Below are positions 1 through 11,846 of a DNA stretch of 64,000 nucleotides, one piece after another. The position numbers were made by a program, and so were the translations under genes. The stretch is taken from assembly GCF_947568905.1 (NCBI RefSeq), contig NC_079168.1, positions 22,196,001 to 22,260,000 on the forward strand, in the 5' to 3' direction. Each line of letters opens with the position of its first letter. Within the stretch, counting starts at the first letter, position 1. The DNA comes from Ostrea edulis. Taxonomy: Eukaryota. The notes under the pieces were generated by a model. The model saw only the letters and a program-made list of their open reading frames with translations. It made no database searches and had not been told where the DNA came from.

Positions 1-1923
1 AGGGAGAAACCCTACTATATAGCCAGCTTTCCGAGGGAAAACTAATAAAACCAGTTTCGGGGAAAGTACATGTACGATGACATAGGGGAGGGGGTAATAT
101 ACAACCTGGGTATTATCAAGTCATTAAAAAGAGTCTGATTAAGTTGAAAACGTCCTAGTTCCCCCGCTTAACATGCTTTTTATGAACCACTGGAATCTAA
201 TTCAAAAGATATTTTAAAGTCTCGTAATGCACAGACAATGGAACAGAAAAACAAAAGCAGAGGTTTCAAATGGGCTAATCAAATGAAGAAAATTGTTTCG
301 TCTTAAGAACGGAATGATGAATTATTCATGAACGAGGATGTAAATCAAATTAAAGAATTCCAATTCGATAGCAGACAAAGCCAACACCTCCGAAGTCCAG
401 CTCCGTTCTAGACGAAATGTACTAAAGGAGACTGATACTGAACGAGCATTGTATCAGTGTGATGGGAAAAGGGATATATTTTATCGCAGAGAACTGTTGT
501 CAAACCTTCTTAAATAGCTATGACACACACCTGTTAGTTCCTGAGAAAGAAGAATACTTACTGAACCATCTTTTGGATTATGTCTGTTCTTGACAAAACG
601 TAAAACAAACAAACGACCTTCTTGGATATGTTTAATAAAATTCATGTCAGGCTTCGCATATAATATATAACTAGAATTTTTTTTTTTTTTTTACAAATGT
701 TGAATTAATTTGTCAATCATCTGAATATAAAGAACGGCTTATTATATATTTTCAAAAGAAATATGATGCCAATAATCATGATACTTTTAATTAGCAAGTC
801 TGAACAGTCTCTTTTTGTCACATCAAAATCATTTGCCCTTTATTAATGGAATGAAAAACTATTATCCCTTACGTGTATCTAAGTCCTTCTTTAGGACCGA
901 TGTCTATGCACATTAAGGTAGGTGATTTTAAAGAATATAACAATATGAATATCAAAATACTTATATTTTACATAAGGATATTTCAATACCCCTCCCTGAA
1001 GTCAAACCCCGCAACATTTGCTTTCTCCAGACACGCCTGCAAACTTTGCATGAGGAAAAAACCCAGTGAGAGTTGCTACTATGCGGAACCAGCAAATTAG
1101 CAATACATGTACTATAATGCTACTGAAACTACATGTAAAAATTAACTATATCTACCAGACATATGGGGACCAACTAAGAGTGGACAAAACTGACAGAAGA
1201 TTATCATTTTCGGTCATTCCTGATAGGTATCAGGAAAAGCATGACTGACATTAAATGGTAATTCTACCACGGTTATTGTAAAGGTCATTATTCTACGAAA
1301 ATTGATACACATCTCGCTTGTAATTCGAGGTTTGCTAAAGCAACAATAAAGTCAATGACTGACAATTCAATTCCATAATCATAAAAATCAATCAATATAT
1401 GTTGTAAAACAAAATTCATAAATGACTGAATAACATTTGTCATTCAGTATAAACCAATCGTCTGCATTCTGAGAGCGATACACATGTAAACATGGCGATG
1501 CACTGACAAGTTTTTCTTGAACTACATCCAAAGCAATTGATATAATCCGTTTACATTTAACTAAATACTTGAAACATTTTTTTTTTCCAAAATAGATTTC
1601 GAATACCTCTTCTATCTCACCTTTTTCGCAAGGAAAAAAAACAATATAGGCCGTTTCGGAAACTGCCATCACAGTGACCTAATTCGTAGCTATATAGGAA
1701 AACGATCGGCTGTATATTTCTGAACCAAAATAGAAATAAAGTTCTTGTTTTCGTGTGTGTTGCAGGATAACCTCCTTGGTCTTGAAATGTTGTGTGAAAT
1801 ACTTCTTGATCTCTGAGGTTATCCTGCAACATACACGAAAACACGATCATTATTTCATACATATACAAGCATTTGTAACAAATCTGAAATACTGATGTCT
1901 TGTGAGAAAGACAAAGAAAGGAA

Positions 1924-2005
1924 TCAGGTGTGCTCAAGATGTTCCATTCCTCTGATTCTGTCAGGTGTGCTCAAGATGTTCCATTCCTCTGATTCTGTCA
2001 GGTGT
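1924..2005. repeat. 37-bp tandem duplication (2.2 copies)
   Basis: tcaggtgtgctcaagatgttccattcctctgattctg at 1924 and 1961, followed by tcaggtgt. Confidence 0.9.
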
Positions 2006-2938
2006 AGAATGGAAAGATTTCAATACAAAGTTGGGGGGATCACATGAAAGAGTATAACAATATATTACACTCAAAGAAAGTTCTGAGAAAGAGGCGTATC
2101 CATCGTGCCTCAGCTATAAAACATATGTATCTGTATTACATGTATGTATATGCCGAATTTATTGCAAACAATGGGATTCAATCCAACCTCCAGCAAAGTA
2201 CATAAAGAAATTATACAAATATTGGAAAGCAAACATTTTCCATTTATTACAGATAAAGGTCTAAATACTGCCAAAAAAAGTACAATACGTTCAAGAATAA
2301 GAATGACCGAAATGGTATCTAAAACCGATTTGCAACAGCTGTAGAAAATCTAAGTATCAAAATATACAACCAGACGTGCACGACGCACATTTTTAAATGC
2401 AGATTTCTCCAAGTCGATAATCATTAAATGATCAAAAAGGTTCTCACAGATCTCATGGTACATGTAGCTTCTAATCACTGAAAATTTTATTCCAAGATTT
2501 TATATATATATATATATATATTGCTTTTTATTTATTTTTTTTTTCTCATGTGAATACATAACCATGTACCTCAATCTAAATGAACAGAGAGGCATATTAC
2601 AGAGGGGGGCAATACTTTAAGTACCTATACATAAAGACAGATAAAAAAATTTAATAAAAACTAATTCATCATATTTATTCCTTTTCAAACTTTATCTCAT
2701 GACTACATTTTAAAATTTAATATGAAATTAAGAATCAACAACCTACACCCACGCTGTCTTAATGCAGGTTGTAGTTCATGATAATTAATATATAGTTTAT
2801 ATAAGACCTTCTGTAAATAATACATTAAGCACATACTTCTTATGTATACCTAAGATTATTGTTATCAATGGTTACTTTCTTACAAACAAAATGTATTAAG
2901 GACTTCTATCGTTATCAATGACCATTTAAAAAAAAAAT

Positions 2939-2941
<3 letters not shown>

Positions 2942-2990
<49 letters not shown>
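2942..2990. repeat. (TA)n microsatellite
   Basis: Uninterrupted TA run. Similar runs lie near 2500-2520, 11134-11186, 14425-14463 and 61325-61346. Confidence 0.95.
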
Positions 2991-2991
<1 letters not shown>

Positions 2992-4156
2992 TAAGGATTT
3001 CTTTCTCTTTTAAACATACCCTTCATTAAACTTTGATCCAAACAAAATAACGAGCTCACTAAATGTCTGACAGTGCAGTTCATTGGCTCCACAGAGGAAA
3101 AAGGAACTACCAATAGAGAAAAGGGAACCAAGGGTCCGTTTCTAGATAAAAAGATTTTGATTAATGTATTAAACAGAATGTTGTATTAAACAGAAGGTTA
3201 TTTCAACAGGGAAGCAAGGTTTTTTTGATGTCATCCTATGGCACAAATGCTCGTCCTCCGTGTAACACACAACGTAAAACAAGATTTAGGTCATGACGTA
3301 TTTTTGCGGTTTGATCTACATACATGTACCATCTGCATGGTGTGAAACTGACATACAAGAACGTTTCATTAATTGGCTGTGTAAACAAATGATTACCTAG
3401 CATAGCCTTATTATCAAATGTACATTAGCAGTTTGTGGTAATGTGTACCGTAATGGTATGCATCTGAGAGAGCTTTTTTTCGGCTCTGAACAATCTTCCT
3501 CTGTTACCCATTTTTAGTCACACTACTTACCATACATGTACAAATTATTGCAAGACGTCATTGTATAAAAATACTCTATTAGACTATTATTAGTACTGTT
3601 TTCACGCCATTGGTCCTGAGTTTTAAATTTGAATAATTCCCCTAAAATTCTTCGTTTTGTATGTCGTTACATTTCGTTTTATGATATTAAACGAAACTAT
3701 AGTGTTAGCCATTCGAGCTCAGTTAAAACATGTAACATTTAATGATCAAAGGAATTGATTGATTTTTTCTCTCTCTCCAAACGACATACATTGTACAATG
3801 TTATAAATTATTATCATCATTGTTTCTCAGCATACTCTCTATGCTACATCTATCTTGGGAATTCTGTTGTGCACAAACCTGCCTTTAATCTATTTAAATA
3901 AAAACTTGTAACGATTACATGCAGTTTTCATACAAATATCTATACCCGACCTCGAAAATTGCTACAGATTCAGGAATAAAACAGAATTTGCAATAATTTA
4001 TTTCGTGTGGAGGGTGTCATCAGTTCTATTACTCAGAATATATAGAATAAAAATCACCTAAAGAATTAGTTTTAAAAATCGTTGTTGCACATCATGTTTA
4101 ATATAGTTGAATAACACCGAGAGAGAAAACTTCTCCAAAATAAGTATGACTTATTA

Positions 4157-4228
4157 TAATAAATAATAATAATAAATAAAATTTATATAGCGCCTTACAT
4201 AAAACAAATTACTCTAGGGCGCTTTACA
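4157..4228 (-). mobile_element. 3' tail of an L2/CR1-type LINE or of a SINE using that tail
   Basis: Minus strand reads tgtaaagcgccctagag...taaggcgctatataaat followed by (tta/ttta)n. This is the agcgcc/ggcgct stem plus AT-rich microsatellite end typical of L2-type tails (recognised from family knowledge). Confidence 0.55.
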
Positions 4229-4401
4229 AGGGTAGCGGTGAGGAAAGCAACAATAAAAAAAACAACAATTAAATGAAATTAAATGACAGTATGACATAAA
4301 ATCTTACATCTATAAAATTATCAAAATAAAACATTATTATTAAGATCGATACATGTAGCTAGAGTTGTTTTTGTTTTTGTTTGTTTGTTTTTTTGTTGTT
4401 G

Positions 4402-4434
<33 letters not shown>

Positions 4435-5082
4435 CACAATGCTAAGTATCTAAAATGTCAAAAGCTAAAACACTTTTGGCATAAATGTTCTAGGGAAAAA
4501 GTACGAGAAAATAAATACTTATAACGGATTGATATGACTAGTTTTCGTATCAGATTGCGTTATACGGAGGGAGAAAAGTAGTGGGGGATCCCCCTTTTAT
4601 GCTGAATCCCTCCCAGGTCTACATGTATGTAATTACCTTCTCTTTAATATTGTTAGATCGTCCATCACATTCACGTTTAATTATGGAAGGAAAAATTCAG
4701 ATTCTCCAATCAAAATTTTCTGATGTAATGTAAATCCATCAATTGATTTTTATTTCCATATCTCTTAATGTGTATAGATCCGTCCAAAAAATTTGGTGAA
4801 TTATCTACATGTAGCTTCATCAATAAATGATACAACTCCAACAACATTCATAGTTTCCATATTCAAAAATTTTTGAAAATTCATAATGTTCTTTTTAAAT
4901 AAAACCTCAAAAATGTCTCAAAATAAATGATGCTAAATTTGGAATAACCAAAAGCAGGAGACAATTTTTTAAATCCCCTTTACAATATTTCCATACAGAG
5001 CAGGACTATCTCTGATTAGCATATGATGTCTATACTTGACAATTGACGACATTGGTTATCGTTGATGTTTCCTTTTACGGAG

Positions 5083-5154
5083 TATATATAGAAGCTTTCG
5101 TACGTACATACTTAGGTAAAACATTGATCCCTTGCATACAGTACGCTACACAGG
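5083..5154 (+). promoter_or_regulatory. TATA box and non-coding first exon of secreted gene A
   Basis: TATATATAG at 5083; donor cagg|gtaaga at 5155; acceptor tttgtag| at 5294, directly before the signal-peptide exon. Confidence 0.55.
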
Positions 5155-5295
5155 GTAAGAATATCTGCAGTTTTTTTTATCATAGATTCTTTTCTTTTTT
5201 GTAAGGAAGGACTGATATTATATAGCCATTGATAGATTCACTTTGCATTTACATTAAATGGTGTTTTTTTTAATGTGACCATTTTACTTTGTAGA

Positions 5296-6227
5296 ATGCT
5301 TCTCTGGATAGTCTTTACCGCGTGTTTTCTGGCGGAAGTGTTTAGCCAACATGGTAAGCAGACATCTGGGTGAAAGAAATCATAATCACATTGCGACTAC
5401 AAAGTATTTTCACGAAATTTGCCTGTTTCTAAATCTGAAAACATACAACATATCAATTAAGTTTCTGAAGCTCTAAATTTGACGCGTCTTTTAAATAAAT
5501 TCTTGATTTTTCCAATAATATTGAGTGCATTTTTTCTCCAGCTGGACACAGTCACAATCATGATCACGGACACAGCGCTCACGGAGGTCACGGTGTTGAC
5601 CCGTGGGACATAAGACCAGTGGACCAAGGACCGGGTTTAGGTGAGGTTCACAGGGATACAAGGTTCACACCTGGGCGGGCGGGCCTACCCGCCCCCAGGA
5701 ACCCATTGAGGATCCCGCCGGGTCCCAGAAATCCATTGAGGATCCCGCCGGGTCCCAGGGGTCCACTGAGGACACATCGTCCCTCACATAGACCACTAGA
5801 CGGGCTGGATACTCTACGTGACCATTTCAACAGAGGCCTGCCAAATCATGGTGTCCCACCCCATAACGACCATCCACTTGTTCCGGATCCTTTCCCAGTT
5901 CTGCCAAATGTACATCCTTACCCAGACCCACATGTACCTGTTAGGCCGTTAGTCGACCCCCACTACCCGATTGATGTAAATCCTAGAAAGTATGGAAAAA
6001 GACCCGACAGGTATGGAAGGCGTTCGAGAAAAAACAAAAAGAACAAGAGAAAGCTGGAAAAGAAAATTAGGAAGGCACTGAAGAAACAGAAAAAGATGCA
6101 AAAGAAGAAGCAAAAGAAGGCACTGAGAAAACATTTAAAGAAGCAAAGAAAGATAAAGAAGGCAAAAATGCGATTAGAAAAACATGCAAGGGAGTTAAGG
6201 AGATTACAAAAAGGATACGGAAAGTAA
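5296..6227 (+). CDS. Gene A: secreted His/Pro-rich protein with Lys-rich basic C-terminal helix, 247 aa; join(5296..5353,5542..6227)
   Basis: Exon 5295-5353 encodes the signal peptide MLLWIVFTACFLAEVFSQH and ends G|gtaagc (phase 1). Acceptor tttttctccag| at 5541 continues in frame (HAGHSHNHDHGHSAHGGHGVDPWDIRP) into the tracked ORF 5619..6227. AATAAA at 6239. Confidence 0.85.
5694..5771 (+). repeat. 30-bp coding tandem repeat (PRNPLRIPPG x2 + PRGPLR) in gene A
   Basis: Units start at 5694 and 5724, with a partial unit at 5754. Confidence 0.9.
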
Positions 6228-6238
6228 AGATATGGCAG

Positions 6239-6244
6239 AATAAA
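6239..6244 (+). promoter_or_regulatory. Polyadenylation signal of gene A
   Basis: AATAAA 11 nt after the stop codon. Confidence 0.5.
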
Positions 6245-7249
6245 TGGCCTCAGGATGTTCTACAAATTCCTTGAATGATGTGTGACTGTAATTTGGTTCT
6301 TGTTGATTTCATTAACCGGTTGAACCAAAGATGCCTCCGAAAAGAAATCCGTTCTTCCACGTGTTAATCTTCGTGCGTTTCTTCCACATGTCAATTTTCT
6401 CCCTGTGATTTTCAATTTTATAAGGAGAGTGTTCTAAGTGATGTGAAACTTTTAACACGACGAATCAAAAGGATAGTGTGTCTTTTTATGCATGAATGAA
6501 GATACTAGCTACCTCTTCATCAATAATCCAGAGATACCCGTCAATTTCAAAACTGTAATTTCTATTAAGACAATGGAAAATCATCATGAAATGTGTTTAT
6601 ATCAGAAACTAGTTCATTTATCTTCATTTTATTCAATATATGTATATAAATTCATGGTGATATAATATCGTCTTTCATTACTTCATTTTGTTCATTAGAT
6701 AATTAAATAATGGTTAAATAAAATATTCTTCAGAGTTCTCAATCTTTTGTTTTCATGATTATTCTGGTATAGATTGAACTTTTTCTACTTCAATCGACGT
6801 CAGAAGAACGCTTCACGGATTTATCTGTCGTTAGCGATTGAGATGTTTGGCATCTGTCTATATGTCCAGAAGTTGACACTAGGATGAAATCTAGTGGAGT
6901 CAAATTAGTAGCATAAAAATAGCTCTAAGTCGTGATTACGTACATGTATGTACACGATAACAAGTGATAATAATGAGATAAAACGGTTGTCATTACGAGA
7001 TCAAGCTGTTATTACGATTAACAAAGTTGTAATAAATAGATAAAACGTCGTTAGACTGCAGAAAGTCGTAATTACGACTTTAAATATGTACAAGTGTCTT
7101 TGAATAGCGATGCAATAAAAACTTCATTTGATATATTGACAGAATAACTCATTAGGTCGTCACTTAATCAACTTCTTGCCTATTCGAACTTTTGATATGA
7201 CTGAATATCGGGATGTATGCCCACCCGATGTCACATATGCTTTACAGTT

Positions 7250-7520
7250 TATAAGATATCTCATAAATATATAAGATATCTTATTTGTTTTATAAGATAT
7301 CTCATAAAGTTTATGAGATATCTTATATATTTTATAAAGTTTATGAGATATCTTATAAAAATAGAAGATATCTTATAAATTTATTTTTATAAGATATCTC
7401 ATAAACTTTATAAGATATTTTTAACGTATATAAGATATCTTATAAAAGAGAAAGTTTATAAGAAATTTCATATATTCTATAAGATATCTCATATGATTTA
7501 CAGTTTATATGACATCTCAT
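7250..7520. repeat. Array of palindromic ATAAGATATCTTAT / ATAAGATATCTCAT motifs (probably a MITE interior)
   Basis: Nine exact GATATC cores at 7255, 7275, 7296, 7317, 7347, 7367, 7393, 7434 and 7483; degenerate cores at 7414 and 7511. Confidence 0.8.
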
Positions 7521-7951
7521 AAAATGTGTAACAAAAAAATAAATGAATAAAACCAATCAACAGGTTGATTTATCTAACAAATGAATTCAGAATTTGGTAT
7601 GCAAGTCAACTGTGGTTCTTCAAAAGAGACTGCACGTTGGTTAACAGTTTGTCCATTCTCACATTGATAAATTCTCATTCTTTCATATAATCAGAACTTG
7701 TAATAATAGGTTATATTTCTCTTGCGTGTCAGTACATAAACATTTACAAGAAAGAGTGTTTAACTTTACTATAGTAATTCATCCACTTATGAGTGATGGA
7801 TTCAGTAAGTAATCAAAAAATACTTTAAGGCGCTTCAGGAATTAAGTATGCCAGCGGTAGGCGTCGCAGTTCCTATACCCTTATATATTTTCAAAAGCGA
7901 AACTTAATGATGAACAGGGGGATTCCTGAAATTGTTTATTACGGCTACAAG

Positions 7952-9242
7952 TACAGGAACTGGTAAACCAGTAATTTTGTGTGTAATAATGATAGTAGGG
8001 GTATATCCAATATCACCTCCTAATAAAACAAACTACACCAGGAATGAAATGAGTTTTTACTCAAAACTTTGATTCAAAATAGCTCTAGAATTCTGCTTTT
8101 ATCGTCAGCCACTTTAAAGGGACTGATTCACGATTTCCCCCCAAATTTTGTTTTTCACTTTAAATGATCAAAATCTACAGTCTAATATGTTTAGAAGGTT
8201 TCATACAAAAAATTAAGGTTATTCATCATGACAGAGGCTCATTATATAGAGTCTATTATTTGTTTTGAAAACAAAAATTGAGGTGTGTTATTGTTTACGA
8301 AGTTTTCAAAATAAATGAATATTGATCCAAGTTTTTTTTTTTTTATATATCACATTTCAAGTATACTTAAGGTAAAATGTGTCATTTAAAAGTTAAAATT
8401 TGTGATTGTACAAAATGAAGATGCTTTGAATTACAAAATTAACGTTTCACAGGTTTGTTTGTTTACATAGAAAGACTCGAGTCTTTGTTTACATAACACA
8501 GAATCAAAGCTAAAATATTGCTCTTAACCTTGCATTCAGACGGTCCAAATTTTGGTTGTCAACATTAAATGAGCTATATTTTTAACTTTCAACATCAAAA
8601 ATGAAAAATATTTCTTCTGAAAAACGTGAACCAGTCCCTTTAAAGTTCATTCTGATCCAGTAATTCCAATATCTATGCCATTGATTCCACAGGAATTTTC
8701 AACAGTTCCTGGCGACCAATTTTTCGTGTCACCCTTATGTTTATTCTGATGGTCATGAACAACATCACTTCCGGTATCTTGTTTAGGAAGTCAACTGTTA
8801 CTAGTATATTTGAATATTGAACAACAATACATCTGTTTAAATTTTGTGATGCAGTTATATCAAACACAAATGTTTGAATACAAAAAACGCTCATATATAT
8901 ATTTATTCGATTAATGTAAACAAAAGTATAATATACATATATTTACCGGAAGTGAAGTTGTTCGTGGCCAAAAGGATAAAAACATGGATGACACGAAAAG
9001 TGGTTGCGAAGAACTGTTGAATGTTTCTGGTTACATGTGCCGATGAGAATGATTTTCATGGCTGGATTAATGGCGTAAATATTGAAATTACTGGATAAGA
9101 AAGAACTTTGAGGTGGCTAACGATAAAAGCAGAATTTCAGAGCTATTTTGAATTGAAGTTTTGAGTAAAACCTTGCGTTTTTATTAAGGGTTGGTATGGA
9201 ATAGACCCCTACTTTTTACAGACAAAATTACCAGTTCCTGTG
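7952..9242. mobile_element. Non-autonomous TIR DNA transposon, P-superfamily-like (7-bp TSD)
   Basis: Left end tacaggaactggtaa..ttttgtgtgtaa..agtagggg mirrors right end cccctact..ttacagacaaaattaccagttcctgtg. Direct repeat ctacaag at 7945-7951 and 9243-9249. Long internal imperfect inverted repeats at about 8700-9010. Confidence 0.7.
8118..8639. mobile_element. Kolobok-like MITE with TTAA TSD, nested in the P-like element
   Basis: ttaa|agggactgattcacg ... cgtgaaccagtccct|ttaa. Same family as 15144-15679, in the opposite orientation. Confidence 0.85.
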
Positions 9243-9315
9243 CTACAAGTTACACGTGTGAGGGAAAAGTCGTGCAGGAGTAGGTGCACAACTTACTTAA
9301 ATGATCTGACTAGTT

Positions 9316-9397
9316 ATCTTCTCTCTGTTTAGTAGGGGAGTTACGGTACTGTCACATCTTCTCTCTGTTTAGTAGGGGAGTTACGGTACTGTCACAT
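9316..9397. repeat. 40-bp perfect tandem duplication
   Basis: atcttctctctgtttagtaggggagttacggtactgtcac at 9316 and 9356. Confidence 0.95.
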
Positions 9398-10125
9398 TTC
9401 ATGAGTCGATGTAATGTGTATGATATTAGTCAAACGAAACGAAAATTGTGGGGAGGGAATAATGGAAATTCATTGCACCTCTAAGACTATGCGTGCATTT
9501 TGGAAGATCAGTAGGTCAAAATTGTTTATTATCTAATCTAAGAAGCAAACAAAGCTAAATAGGGTAAATCTAAAAGAAAAAATAGAGAAGAAAAGATACT
9601 TATGATAGCTATTTATACAAGATTTTGAGCTCGCTTGAATTTAAGATAATCGTGCTCTGGGACATTTTTTTAAATTCCTTTTGACATCTAATTTGTCGAA
9701 ATTTCAATTTTGTGCATCTCTTTTTTTTTTTTTTTTTTAGAATGCATGTATGTACATGAATTCAGAATTTAGTGTCTGTCAAATACTTGTACAAAATTCA
9801 TAATTATATTCAGAAGCTTTCTACGTGGGAGTAATACAAATGTTATGCAGTAATGTTTTACTTCATATACAATATAGGTGGTGTCGTTCTTCGCCTATCC
9901 GCACGTGACCACAACCCCTGTCTTCAGCAAGTGGTCAGCGAAAATGATTCTCCCCGCTATTTAGCAGGAAATGTTGTTATCCAAAATTCTGTTTATATTG
10001 TGTTGTTGCGATATATTTATATCATTTTATTAGAGTGTTAATTAATTATGCGTGTTTCTTTAAGCCCAGTTACGTACGACATTTGCGTATGACACAGAAT
10101 TAACATAGATCAATATAAAACACAC

Positions 10126-10218
10126 AGGTCAAAACACCCTCGGCTCTTATATAAACTCAATATAACTCGACGAAATCAATCTTCTTCGTACCTATCTAAG
10201 GGAAAACGCTGAAAAAAG
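10126..10218 (+). promoter_or_regulatory. Promoter (AGGTCAA, ACACCC, TATATAAA) and non-coding first exon of gene B
   Basis: TATATAAA at 10148-10155; donor aag|gtaaga at 10219; acceptor ttctag| at 10382, 2 nt before the ATG. Confidence 0.6.
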
Positions 10219-10384
10219 GTAAGAAACCAATCTGTGTTCCTATTTCATGGCTACATACCTGTAATTATATGAGTTTATGCACGTAATAGTTTTATGACAC
10301 CGAAACATGCAATGAGAAATCAAAATATACCATGTCCTGCTTATTTTATAAATACTGGAGTTCGTGATTTTTTTTATTCTAGAC

Positions 10385-11127
10385 ATGCATGGGGCTTCAG
10401 TGCTAACATCATATTTCCTGTGCATTGTACTTATTTTTGCAGAAGGTAATGTATTTTTTAAAATGTTCTTTTTCTTTCAAAATTTTAAAAAGTAAACAAA
10501 TTAGAATGATTCACACTGCTGCGGATAAGATTTGACCGCGGAGTGTGTTGTACTTTCTAGATCTCTCATTATCAAACCACATCGATGGGAATGCCATATC
10601 TAAAGTCAAGAAGATAAGTAAGTATATTGGTGTTTATATCTTATTTTAAGTTTTCACATACTATTCTGAGACTTTTAAATTTGTTCTAATTGAAATTCTA
10701 TTCATGGCTCAGGGCCGTAAGTAGGGTTCTAAATCAGGGGAGGCAGGGGATTGGGGGCCGCCGATTGACTTTACGACTGAAAATGACACTTTTTAAATCC
10801 CAATTTATCATGTTTGTGTTTCATTTGTACTATGTAAAGAATCGTAATATGGTGTCAAAGACAAAGGTGCTTGTCTTCATTTTAAACATATATCCTATAA
10901 TATAACATTTATATAATTTTATTTTCTTTTTTGCCAAAAAATCAGACGAGGCAGTTGCCTCGTCTGCCTCATCGGCAGTTACGGCCCTGTGGCTGTGGTG
11001 TACTTATTTTTGATTATAACAGATCCATTAGATTACACGCATCCTGTTGGCAGAAATGAAGGTGTTTTCAAACCCCTGTATGAGGAATTAAAAGACAAGG
11101 GAATAGAAAAAATAAGTAAGGAATACT

Positions 11128-11190
<63 letters not shown>

Positions 11191-11846
11191 AAATCATAGA
11201 CTTAATGTTTGAAACAATTCAATTGATATAATTTTAATGAACAAAGCAATCTGACATTTGTTACCTTGGTGTACTTTTAGATTCTGTTGATTTTAAACGT
11301 CCTATTGGTAAAAAGAATAGTCAGAAAGGGGAAGTAAGAACGGCGCTCAGTAAAACAGAATATAAGGGAGATAAAGCTGGTCTCCCTGGCAACCTCAGTC
11401 TAAAGCCATTCAAATTACGAAATGAGGGATTGGATGTACCAAGCACGAGCGAAGTTGGGAAAACCTACGATCCGCCAATATCAGACTTAACAAGACGTAA
11501 ACTTGGCTTAAATGTCCTCGGTATCAACAGTAAACCGAGGAGGAACAAGCAAAACGGACGGCGTTCGAGGAAAAACAGGAGGAGAGGTTTACTAGGGATC
11601 AAAAGGAAACTGCACAGGAGGCTTCGGAGGAAAAAGCTTCAAAGTAGAGCAAAAAATATTCGGAGGAAGAATAAATGGCGGACAGGGCGGAAACTGAAGC
11701 GGAAACATGGACATTTGAGTAGAAAACATGTAGAATTAAAGAGAAAACATAGACGGTTAAGGAGAAAACATAGAAAATTGCAACAGAGACTAAGGAATCT
11801 GGACAGTAAAAACAAAGATCCTAAAATTAACAACCCGATCTTATAA
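10385..11846 (+). CDS. Gene B: secreted Arg/Lys-rich protein with Leu/His heptad C-terminus, 258 aa; join(10385..10445,10561..10617,11023..11115,11281..11846)
   Basis: Signal exon MHGASVLTSYFLCIVLIFAE ends G|gtaatg. Two phase-1/phase-1 exons (57 and 93 nt) have canonical ag|/|gtaag sites. The last exon starts after gtacttttag| at 11281 and is open into the tracked ORF 11430..11846. All junctions keep the frame. Confidence 0.82.
10710..10989. mobile_element. MITE with 11-bp TIR and 5-bp TSD, in an intron of gene B
   Basis: cagggccgtaa ... ttacggccctg; tggct on both sides (10705-10709 and 10990-10994). Confidence 0.8.

Noticed and set aside
1388-2344. ORFs 1388..1672, 1617..1937 and 2144..2344 as a possible LINE remnant
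   Set aside because: There is only a faint resemblance (CEKGEIEEVF) to LINE C-terminal motifs; no RT or endonuclease motif can be supported.
5648-6134. Antisense ORFs 5648..5830 and 5949..6134 (and 11639..11833 opposite gene B)
   Set aside because: They are shadows of the repetitive or purine-rich sense strand. The Leu/Phe-rich translations come from AAG/AGA codons, and there is no independent start or splice support.
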